From positions 96,001 to 160,000 of the forward strand of contig CAWJKZ010000024.1 of the NCBI GenBank assembly GCA_963843575.1: a DNA stretch of 64,000 nt, written 5' to 3'. The notes below the pieces were generated by a model. It had not been told where the DNA came from. It made no database searches and saw only the letters and a program-made list of their open reading frames with translations. Source of the DNA: an uncultured Acidobacteriota bacterium. Lineage in GTDB: Bacteria; Acidobacteriota; UBA6911. Each line of letters opens with the position of its first letter. Position 1 is the stretch's first letter. The position numbers and the translations under genes were made by a program. Positions 37,865 through 46,757 of this stretch are shown piece after piece.

Positions 37865-40229
37865 GGTTCGATCAGGCATGCGAGCAGGGCCAGGGCCGCC
37901 TCTTTGGCGCGGTCCCCGGTTTCGCCGGCGGGCCCGACGCAGGAAGGGCATCCCTTCTCGCACGGGCACGCCACGATCAACTCCCTGGTGCGGCGGACGA
38001 GCGCGTCGTGCATGCCGTACAGCGGCTCGCTCAACCCTATCCCGCCGGGGTAGGCGTCGTAGAGATACAGCGTCGGTTCGAAAAACTCCTGGACGGCTCC
38101 GGGACCGCCGCCCCCGCACGCGCCGGGCGGGGATCGGGACCGCCGGCGTCCTCGCCTCCCTCTCCGATCGCCGTCCCGAGGTCCCGCCGGTCGCACATGA
38201 GCAGCAGGCTGGCGATGGATTCGAGAGCGTGCAGCAGGCCGAACATCCCGTCCTGGCGTTCGGACACCGTGAAGGGAAGCGAGACGAGCATGCTCCGGCT
38301 CAGCTTGATCCAGTAGGCGGTGGTGTGCATCTCGTTCTCGGGCAGTTCCAGCTTGCCCGAGCCGACGTTCTCGAGGGTGAAGAACTTGATTTTCTTGAAA
38401 CCGACGACCTGCGAGCGCACCAGCACGTCGCCGTGGGCGCGCAGCGCGGGGCCGGCTACGCCCTCCTGCTGCTCGACCTCGAGCGGTTTGACCTGGGTGT
38501 AACGGATCGCGTCGGTGAAGTAATCGACGTCCACTCGCCGCACGTAGGCCTTGCGCTGATCGAAGTCGAGGCGATCGACGTGGTACTGCTGGCCGTCGTG
38601 AATGTAGATCGCCTTCGGGTGGACGGTCGTCAGCGCGCTGGTGAAGTCGACCTCGCCGATCACCTCGGGGGCGTCGGTTTCGTCGATGATCACGAAGTTG
38701 TCCGACGAGATCGAGCGCAGGCTGATAGTGTCGGCGGGGTAGGCGTCCTGCGTCCAGTACCAGAACGCACCGGTGCGGTGCAGGTAGCCCGCTTCGGCCA
38801 GCCGCTCGCAGAGAGCCTCCAGGTCGGCCGCGCCGAACTTCTCGGTGCCCTGCAGCGGTAACTCGAAGGCGGCGCACTTCAGGTGATTGACCAGGATCTC
38901 GAGGTTGTCGGGCTGGATGTAGGCGTGTTCCGGGGTGCCGCCGAAGAAATAGTCGGGATTCTTGACGATAAACTGATCGAGAGGGCGGGAAGACGCCACC
39001 AGCACGGCGCAGGAGAGCCCGGAGCGTCGGCCCGCGCGCCCGGCGCGCTGCAGGGTCGACGCGATCGTGCCGGGGTAGCCCGCCATGACCGAGATGTCGA
39101 GCGAACCGACGTCGATGCCGAGCTCGAGCGCGTTGGTCGCCACCACGGCCCGGATCTGCCCGTTGCGCAACCCCTGCTCGATCTCGCGACGCTGCAGCGG
39201 CAGGTAACCGCCGCGGTAGCCCCGCACCGTTTCGTGAGCGCCCGGGGACACGGGGTTGGCCTGCTTCAGATAGGTCAGCAGCACCTCCGTGTGCAGCCGG
39301 CTGTTGGCGAACACGATAGTCTGGAGGCCCCGTTTGACGAATTCCTGCGCGAGCCGCCACGTCTCGTTGATGTAGCTCCTCCGAATGCCCAGGAACCGGT
39401 TCACCACGGGTGGATTGTAGAAAACGAAGTACTTCTCCGCCGAAGGGGCACCGTTGCCCTCAACGACCTCGACCTCGGTCTCCAGCAGCCGCCGCGCCAG
39501 GTCTCCCGGGTTGGCTATGGTCGCCGACGAGCAGATGAACTGGGGCTGTTGCCCGTAGAAGTCCGCGATCCTCTTCAGCCGCCGGAGCACGTTGGCTAGG
39601 TGGCTGCCGAAAACGCCCCGGTACATGTGCAGCTCGTCGATGACGACGTAACGGAGATTCTCGAACAAACGGGTCCACTTCGTGTGGTGGGGCAGGATGG
39701 CCGAGTGCAGCATGTCCGGGTTGGTCAGGACCACGTGCCCGCGCTGCCGGATCGACTGGCGCGCGTCGGTGGGGGTGTCGCCGTCGTAGGTGAAAACCCC
39801 AAAGGCGTCGTGGAGGCGCTTTCCCAGGTCCTGCAGCTCGCCCAACTGGTCCTGCGCCAGCGCCTTGGTCGGGAAAAGGTACAACGCGCGCGTGTCGGGG
39901 TTCTCCAGGATCGAGTTGAGTACCGGCAGGTTGTAGCACAGCGTTTTGCCGGAGGCGGTCGGCGTGATCACGACCAGGTTGCGGCCGCGGCGCGCGAGGT
40001 CGGCCGCACGCGCCTGGTGCGAGTAGAGCTGAACGATCCCCTTGGCGCCGTAAGCCTCGGAGAGCTCCGGGCGGACCCAGCCCGGGACCGGCGCCCATTC
40101 GGCTTCCCGGGCCGGCTGGTGGCGCACCGCCGTCACGACCTCGTTCGTGTGATCGCGCGCCGAGATTTCCTGTAGCGCTTCCCGGACACCGAGTTGGGTC
40201 GAGCCTCGTTTGGAGGGGACAGTTGACAT
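37861..40229 (-). CDS. mrfA: DEAH helicase with DUF1998 Zn domain (MrfA/YprA/Hrq1 family), frameshift near 38100-38150
   Basis: TPTASGKT, PTKALAQDQ, DELH, SATI, LELGIDVG, QRAGRAGRR; YDAYPGGIG...CPCEKGCPSC in shifted frame. Confidence 0.85.
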
Positions 40230-40233
40230 CTCA

Positions 40234-40248
40234 CTTCACCTTTTGTTC
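40234..40248. promoter_or_regulatory. Putative LexA (SOS) box at helicase start
   Basis: CTTC-ACCTTTT-GTTC, 7 of 8 match to GTTC-N7-GTTC, 4 bp from the ATG. Confidence 0.55.
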
Positions 40249-40650
40249 ACCCCAAGGTAACACGCGTGTCAAGCTGCCGGAACGACGCTGGACACCGGCA
40301 GTCCGCCGCGTGCCCTAACGGATGAGGTAAAACCCGGTCTGGCGGCCGTCGACCCACTGCCAGCCGCCGCCGAGCTGCAGGGCGTCGGATTCTAGCACAG
40401 CGGCCGGCCCCGGGAATGAATTGAACCATCGGAGCCGCCGGCATGATCTGACTAACAGAATTCTGATATGCTGATAACTGCGGAGCCTGAGTCAGGGAGG
40501 ATAACTCCGAGCTTCATTGAAAACCCTGGTAACCCTCGAGGCGAGTCCCGCGGCTCACCTCCGGACTCGAAGCGCCCGCGAAATCACCGGTCCGGTTGTG
40601 GCCGCCGGCCGCGCTTGAACCGCTTGAAATCCATACCCAGGAGGGCTCAG

Positions 40651-41877
40651 ATGGACTCGAGACACGTTTGCGTTTTTCGCACTCTTTTTTTGTCGGTTGT
40701 CCTGTCCCTGGCCGTGCCGCTGCTGGCTCAGGGCGACAAGGTTGTTCCCCAGGTGCCCGACGGTGTGGGTTCCGACGGCACCGTGTTCCGCACGAAATTC
40801 GACATCACCAATCTCAGCCCCGTGGAGAGGATCACGAAGACCAAGATTCTGTTCTTTCAGCAGAATGGGTCGGCGTGGACCGTACCGACCAACTTCGGTA
40901 ACGTCAGCGAGATCTCCTTCGACCTCGGAGCGTTTCAGACGATCCGGGTCGAGACGCTGGGGACGCGCAGCCTCGCCTCGGGCTACGCCATCGTGCGCAG
41001 CCTGGAAGGGGCGACGAAGTACCCGGAGGACTTCCAGTGTTCTGTCACCGTGTTTTACGAGATCCTGAAGGGGACCAGCGTGATCGACACCGTGAGCGTA
41101 CCCGTCGGGCAGCCAACCCGCGCGTGGATTTTCCCCGCGGAGACCGAGGTCGGCCGGAACCTGCTGACCGGTTTCGCCATCGTCAACCTGAGCAACCAGC
41201 AGAATGCGGTGAAGCTGTCGTTGTACGGCGCGACGACTCCGACTTCCGGCGCCGCCTCACAGGTGGCCAAAGACGTGGCCCTGCAGCCGGTCCTGGCTGC
41301 CCGGGAGCAGCGGGCGGCCTTCCTTAACCAGCTCGTTCCCGCCGCCGGCTCGTTCAAGGGCATGGTGCTGGGATTGTCGGACGCACCGGTCGCGATCCTG
41401 GCGCTGCTGCAGAGCCCCACGCCGACCGGGGTGCAGTACGCGACCATGGTCCCGTCATACGCCGACGCCCTGCGCCGCAACACATTGACGTACCTGAGGG
41501 AAGGGCTTTCGCTCGACGCCGACGTCCCCATTTCGGATTATTTCGAGACGACCGACGACGATTTACCCTGGGACGTGCTCTACCAGACCATCAGCACCAC
41601 TACGCGCCGGCTGATGCCGTGGGCGGGTGGCTCGGTCGCCGTGATCGGCGAACGCACCAGTCCGCAGTTCGACACCGAGGTGACGCTCCCGTATCTGCAG
41701 GGCCTCTCGTACACGCAGAACCCGATCGACATGAGCAACGGCTCCTCGTCACTGAAGGAAAGCGTCACGCTGGCGATCAAGACCGGTCTGGGGCGGTTCG
41801 TCAAGATCCGGATCGCGAACGTGGTCGAGCGCGGCACCGCGCGGGATCTCGTGCTCGAGGTTTTCGTCTACCGCTAG
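40651..41877 (+). CDS. Secreted hypothetical protein (beta-rich)
   Basis: AGGAGG SD; signal peptide PLLA-Q; TGFAIVN motif; no family recognised. Confidence 0.7.
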   Translation: MDSRHVCVFRTLFLSVVLSLAVPLLAQGDKVVPQVPDGVGSDGTVFRTKFDITNLSPVERITKTKILFFQQNGSAWTVPTNFGNVSEISFDLGAFQTIRVETLGTRSLASGYAIVRSLEGATKYPEDFQCSVTVFYEILKGTSVIDTVSVPVGQPTRAWIFPAETEVGRNLLTGFAIVNLSNQQNAVKLSLYGATTPTSGAASQVAKDVALQPVLAAREQRAAFLNQLVPAAGSFKGMVLGLSDAPVAILALLQSPTPTGVQYATMVPSYADALRRNTLTYLREGLSLDADVPISDYFETTDDDLPWDVLYQTISTTTRRLMPWAGGSVAVIGERTSPQFDTEVTLPYLQGLSYTQNPIDMSNGSSSLKESVTLAIKTGLGRFVKIRIANVVERGTARDLVLEVFVYR

Positions 41878-41881
41878 AAGC

Positions 41882-41908
41882 GTGGGCCGCGGCGGCCCGC
41901 CGCAGCCC
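41882..41908 (+). repeat. GTGG-type REP-like hairpin
   Basis: GTGGGCCGCGGCGGCCCGCCGCAGCCC between convergent genes. Confidence 0.6.
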
Positions 41909-41929
41909 GGGGTTGGTTGCGTCGGTATT

Positions 41930-42436
41930 TCAGCCGGCAAGGGCGCGCAGGATGGCGGGCGTGAGCAGCCACGCCAGGCTCCCCTTCGGCACGGGCTGGG
42001 TTTCGTCGAGGTCGATCGCGCAGGCCCCCCCCTTCTTCAGCTCGACATAGTGCTCTGCGGAGCCCCAGGCGACCTCACCGGCGATCTCTCCCAGGGAAGG
42101 CTGGTGGCCGACGAGTACGACGCACTCGAGGTCGCGGCCGGCCGCCAGGGCGCGGTAGACCTCCGGCCGCCGCCCGCCGGGGGCCAGGGCGTCGAGCGTT
42201 TTCAGCGGGGGCTTGTGCTTCACTGAATAGGCTTGCGCCAGGATATCCGCCGTCTGTCGGGCGCGCGCCAGGGGACTGGTCAGGATCAGGCCGGGTGCGG
42301 GCTCGAGCATGCGGAGCCCGCCCGCCACCTTGTGCATTTTGGCCATGCCTTCCGCGGTGAGGGGACGGTCTTCTTCCGCAACTCCGGGAGTGCCGTGCGC
42401 GACCGCGATGCCGTGTCTCAGAATCACGAGTCTCAT
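41930..42436 (-). CDS. sixA: Phosphohistidine phosphatase SixA
   Basis: LRHG, RPLT, TSPLARARQTA, VGHQP. Confidence 0.85.
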   Translation of the reverse strand: MRLVILRHGIAVAHGTPGVAEEDRPLTAEGMAKMHKVAGGLRMLEPAPGLILTSPLARARQTADILAQAYSVKHKPPLKTLDALAPGGRRPEVYRALAAGRDLECVVLVGHQPSLGEIAGEVAWGSAEHYVELKKGGACAIDLDETQPVPKGSLAWLLTPAILRALAG

Positions 42437-43434
42437 AGTCCATCTTCCTGGCCGGTTTCCGCGACCTCCGCGCCTGGTTTCCGCTCGGGAGTGGCGTCGA
42501 GCCACTGCCGCACGCTCTCTTGCACGGCGACCAGCGCGGGCAAGATACGGGCGCGCAACTGACGTTTGCCATCCTCGACCTGCTGCAGGACTCTGCCCGT
42601 CTGAAAAGCGAGGTTGCCGGTCTTCTGCCGCGTGAGCCGCCGGATTTCCCTCCGGAGGTGTTCCCTCAGGACCGCCCAATCCTGGTGCCGGCCCGCCGCG
42701 TCCTGCAGGGCGCGCGCGTCGGCAATCTGCGACTGCAGTTCGCCCGGCTGTATCTCAGCGAAGATCTCCATGGCGTAGCGGAGCTTCTTGACGGCGATCC
42801 GCAACCGGTGGAGATGGGCGTCGCCGGCGCGCGCGAACGAACGCTGTGTCCGGAAAGTCAGGGCGGGCTCCGCGAGAGCGGTGATAATCCGGTGGCGCCT
42901 CTCCGGCAGCCCGCCCGGCACCGGCGGACATTCCTGCGACTCCAGAGCCGCGAGCAGTGTACTGGCCTGCGATCGAAGCTGCTTGACCTTGATCTCGCGC
43001 AGGGCTGCCCTGAATCTCCTGCGCTGCTTTCGATTGTCCCGGTCGAACCGCTCCTGGAGATACTCGCGGCACAGACGCACGGCCGGGTCGGGGCCGACGT
43101 CGAGCTCTTCGAGCAGGGACGACGTGACCTCCGTCTCCCGCATCCTGCCGAGCGACCTGGTCACGGCGCGCACCGACGCGTACAGCGCGCCCCACGGGCC
43201 CGAGGGGCAGAGGTCCTCAAAGGCCTCCAGCGCGGCCCTCAGCCGGCGGGACTGCACCCGGGTGTCGTGAACGGCGTCCTTCCCGCCATGCCGCTTGAGG
43301 GCGGCGAGCTCGCCGAGCAGGGCTTCGGCCCGGCGCCGCAAGACCGAGGTGCCGAACGCAAGCTCCGCATCTTCCGGGCCGATATCCATGACGTGATCCA
43401 AATCGTTCCCAAAGGGGGTGAACTCTTGTAACAT
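42433..43434 (-). CDS. CHAD domain protein (polyphosphate binding)
   Basis: VHDTRVQSRRLRA, LHRLRIAVKKLRYAME, LQDAAGRHQD. Confidence 0.85.
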   Translation of the reverse strand: MLQEFTPFGNDLDHVMDIGPEDAELAFGTSVLRRRAEALLGELAALKRHGGKDAVHDTRVQSRRLRAALEAFEDLCPSGPWGALYASVRAVTRSLGRMRETEVTSSLLEELDVGPDPAVRLCREYLQERFDRDNRKQRRRFRAALREIKVKQLRSQASTLLAALESQECPPVPGGLPERRHRIITALAEPALTFRTQRSFARAGDAHLHRLRIAVKKLRYAMEIFAEIQPGELQSQIADARALQDAAGRHQDWAVLREHLRREIRRLTRQKTGNLAFQTGRVLQQVEDGKRQLRARILPALVAVQESVRQWLDATPERKPGAEVAETGQEDGL

Positions 43435-43620
43435 CAGGAGGATCGCAGATCAAGGCCCGCGTTCCGTTGTCTTTGAGACCGCGCGGGTTCTTCCGCCCCC
43501 GCTGGGACGGCAAGGCGGCGCCGGTGCCGGCGTGCCCGGGCGCAGCTCCAGGGCGCGTGGGGTTTGCCGGAGCAGCTTCTGCGTTGATTCCAGGCGGCAG
43601 AGCCGCAACAATGGTCCTTT

Positions 43621-45213
43621 ATGAGAGTCGCAGCGATCGACCTCGGGTCGAACTCCTTCCACATGATGATCGTCGAAATCCAGGGGCCCTCGTCGTTTGA
43701 GATCGTCCTCCAGGACAAGATGATGATCCAGCTGGGCAAGACCGCGCTGGTGACCGGCCGGCTGGACCCGCAGACGATGGAGAAGGGGTTGCGCTGCCTG
43801 GAGGAGTTCCGCCGCATGGCGCTGGCGCGCCGCGTGGAGCGCACCCTGGCGGTGGCCACCAGCGCTATCCGGGAGGCGGAAAACGGCGCCGAGTTCGTGC
43901 GTCGCGCCAGGGAGGAGTGCGGCCTGCCGGTTCGACTCATCTCCGGCAGGGAAGAGGCACGGCTGATTCACCGCGCGGTCACCCGTCACGTCGACCTGCG
44001 CGCCGAGAAGGCGCTGCTGGTCGATATCGGCGGCGGAAGCGTGGAACTCACGGTGGGGGATGCGGCCAGGATGCTCTACTCCACGAGCGCCCGCCTGGGA
44101 TTCCTTCGCCTGCACGGCCGCTTCGTCGCCTCGGACCCGATGTCCAAGGCCGAGAGGCGCGCGCTGACCGCGTTCCTGCAGGAATCGCTGCGGCCGATCG
44201 CCGGGCGCATCGGCCGCCACAGGCCCAGGAGGGCGGTCGGCACCAGCGGCTCCATCACCACCCTGCTGCGTCTGGCCGAGCAGCACCGGTCCGGCGTGAG
44301 CGGCGCGCAGGCGTCCGGTGCCGCGGTGACGCGCGACGAGTTGCGGGAGATACAGGAGGCGTTGCTGACGCTGCCTGCCGTCGAACGCGCGCGCAAGTTC
44401 GACCTGGACCCGTTGCGCTCGGAGTACCTGCCGACCGCGCTCCTGTGCCTCGACGCCGTGCTTGAGGCCGCCGGCATGTGCGAAATCACGGTCTGCCCCG
44501 TTGCGTTGCGCGAAGGCCTGGTCTACGATTTCGCCACCCGCGCGCAGCCGTCGCCCGGTCCCGTCATGCCTGCGGGGGACCTTCGACTGCAGGCGGTGGT
44601 CGACCTGGCGGTCCGGTGTGGTTACCCGGTCGAGCACTCGGAGCGCGTCGCCCGGCTCGCGGGACAGATCTTCCGGCAGACGGTGGCGCTGCACGGCCTC
44701 GGCGATGAGGAGGAGCGGCTCCTGCTCTACGGGTCGCTCCTGCACGACATCGGCTATCACATCGGGTACGCCAAGCACCACAAACACGCCTATTACCTGG
44801 TCATGAACTGCGATCTCCGCGGCTTCAGCGCCGAGGAGCGCGACCTCCTGGCCAACCTCGTCCGGTATCACCGCCGGGCCGCGCCGAAGCCGTCGCACCC
44901 GAACCTGGCGGCGCTCCCGGCGCGCGGCCGCAAGACGGTCAAGGCGCTGGCCGCCATCCTGCGCATCGCCGACGGGCTGGACCGAAGCCACTTCTCGCTG
45001 GTCGAGGAGGTGAAGTGCGCGCTCGGCAGGAAGAAGGTGCACTTCCAGCTGACCACCGCCGTGGGAGCGTCGGGCGCGGATCTGGACGTGTGGGCCGCGC
45101 GGCAGCACGCCCGCTATTTCGAGAAGCTCTTTCGCGTCGACACGGCATTCACCGCCAGGCGGAAACCGCGGAATGCCGCGGCGGCTCCGACGGCACCGGA
45201 GAACAAGCCATGA
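43621..45213 (+). CDS. ppx: Ppx/GppA exopolyphosphatase with HD domain, copy 1
   Basis: AIDLGSNS, ATSAIREA, GREEARL, DIGGGSVE, LREG, LLHDIG. Confidence 0.9.
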   Translation: MRVAAIDLGSNSFHMMIVEIQGPSSFEIVLQDKMMIQLGKTALVTGRLDPQTMEKGLRCLEEFRRMALARRVERTLAVATSAIREAENGAEFVRRAREECGLPVRLISGREEARLIHRAVTRHVDLRAEKALLVDIGGGSVELTVGDAARMLYSTSARLGFLRLHGRFVASDPMSKAERRALTAFLQESLRPIAGRIGRHRPRRAVGTSGSITTLLRLAEQHRSGVSGAQASGAAVTRDELREIQEALLTLPAVERARKFDLDPLRSEYLPTALLCLDAVLEAAGMCEITVCPVALREGLVYDFATRAQPSPGPVMPAGDLRLQAVVDLAVRCGYPVEHSERVARLAGQIFRQTVALHGLGDEEERLLLYGSLLHDIGYHIGYAKHHKHAYYLVMNCDLRGFSAEERDLLANLVRYHRRAAPKPSHPNLAALPARGRKTVKALAAILRIADGLDRSHFSLVEEVKCALGRKKVHFQLTTAVGASGADLDVWAARQHARYFEKLFRVDTAFTARRKPRNAAAAPTAPENKP

Positions 45214-46757
45214 GCGCCGACAATACCCTGATCGCTGCCATCGACATCGGGTCCAGCGCCATCCGGATGGACATCGCCGAGCACCGGCCCGACGGAGCGC
45301 TTCACATGCTCGATGCGCTGACGAAGGGCGTCCAGCTGGGCAAGGATGCGTTCAACGAGGGCTACATCGGCGAGGAGACCATCAGGGCGGCGTGCGACGT
45401 CCTCAGGGACTTCAAGAAGGTGATGGATTCCTACGGCGTGGTGCGTTACCGGGCCGTCGCGACCAGCGCCGTCCGGGAGTCGTCCAACAGCGACACGTTC
45501 CTCGACCGGGTGCTCATGGGCACTGGCCTCGACGTCGAGGTGATCGACGGGCCGGAAGAGAACCGGTTGACGCTCTCGGCCGTGCTGGAGTCGCTGCGCT
45601 CGGGGGCCGATCTCGACAAGGGCAAGGCGCTGCTGGTCGAGGTCGGGGGCGGAAGCACCGACGTGACGCTGCTGGAGGCCTCCGAACCAGTCCAGTCCGG
45701 CACCTTCCCCATAGGCTCGATCCGGCTACGCGCGGGCGTCGCTGCCGCCGGCACCCACGACCAGCAGGTCCGCCTGCTGAAACGCCAGGTCTCGAACCTG
45801 CTCGCCAACGTGCGGCACTCGATCGCCGTCAAGGAGGCCTCGAGCTTCATCGCCATCGGCGGGGACGTCCGGTTCGCCGCGGCCGCGCTCAGGGGCGGGA
45901 CCCGCGAGCCCGGCCCGGTCGCTATCCCGCGCGACGCGTTCCTGGAGCTCGTCGACGCCGTCGCCCGCCTCACGGTCGAGGGCCTGGTCAAGAAATATGC
46001 GATTTCCTACATGGAGGCCGAAACCCTGGCGCCGGCGCTTCTGGTCTATGCCCAGCTGCTGAAGGAAACCCTGGCCCAGGGCGTCGTCATCAGCGGGGCG
46101 AACATCCGGGCCGGCGTGCTCCAGGACCTCGTCCCGGCGGAACAGGGGAAGCGGGTCAAGAAGCTGGCCCACCAGATCCTCTCGGCCGCGCGCAGCGTCG
46201 GACGCAAGTACCAGTACGACGAGAGCCATGCCGAACGGGTGCGGGAGCTGTGCGAGCTGCTGTTTGACGAGCTCAAGTCCGAGCACCGCATGAGCGACAC
46301 CCAGCGGCTCTATCTCCAGGTCGCCGCGCTGCTGCACGACATCGGCCTGTTCATCAGCTCGCGCGGGCACCACAAGCACTCGCAGTACCTGATCAGCGCC
46401 TCGGGCCTGTTCGGCCTGCGCCAGCGGGAGCTCGACATCATCGCCAACGTGGCGCGCTACCACCGCCGCGCCCTGCCGCAGCGGTCGCACCTGACCTACA
46501 TGTCGCTGGAACGCGACGAGCGGGTGCTGGTGTCCAAGCTGGCCGCTATCCTCCGGGTGGCCAACTCGCTGGACAAGGAACACCTGCAGAAGGTGACGGA
46601 CCTCAAGGTCACCCGGGAAGGGGACCAGATCGTCCTGCTCGCCCAGAACATCTCCGACCTGACGATGGAGCGGGTCGCGCTGGCCGACCGCAGCGACCTC
46701 TTCTCGGAAGCGTTCGGAAAAAAGATCGTGTTGAGAGAGGCGGCAAAAAGCGCATGA
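45210..46757 (+). CDS. ppx: Ppx/GppA family protein with HD domain, copy 2 (divergent)
   Basis: AIDIGSSA, ATSAVRE, GPEENRL, EVGGGSTD, LLHDIG; ATGA overlap. Confidence 0.85.
   Translation: MSADNTLIAAIDIGSSAIRMDIAEHRPDGALHMLDALTKGVQLGKDAFNEGYIGEETIRAACDVLRDFKKVMDSYGVVRYRAVATSAVRESSNSDTFLDRVLMGTGLDVEVIDGPEENRLTLSAVLESLRSGADLDKGKALLVEVGGGSTDVTLLEASEPVQSGTFPIGSIRLRAGVAAAGTHDQQVRLLKRQVSNLLANVRHSIAVKEASSFIAIGGDVRFAAAALRGGTREPGPVAIPRDAFLELVDAVARLTVEGLVKKYAISYMEAETLAPALLVYAQLLKETLAQGVVISGANIRAGVLQDLVPAEQGKRVKKLAHQILSAARSVGRKYQYDESHAERVRELCELLFDELKSEHRMSDTQRLYLQVAALLHDIGLFISSRGHHKHSQYLISASGLFGLRQRELDIIANVARYHRRALPQRSHLTYMSLERDERVLVSKLAAILRVANSLDKEHLQKVTDLKVTREGDQIVLLAQNISDLTMERVALADRSDLFSEAFGKKIVLREAAKSA

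Noticed and set aside
38037-38160. Programmed frameshift producing helicase with or without the Zn domain
   Set aside because: No slippery heptamer seen; lies in a G/C-run-rich linker and similar indels occur elsewhere, so an assembly error is more likely.
36641-40229. DISARM/Druantia-like defence system based on the DUF1998 helicase
   Set aside because: The partner is a YprB-like exonuclease (MrfAB arrangement); no methylase, PLD nuclease or other defence genes adjacent.
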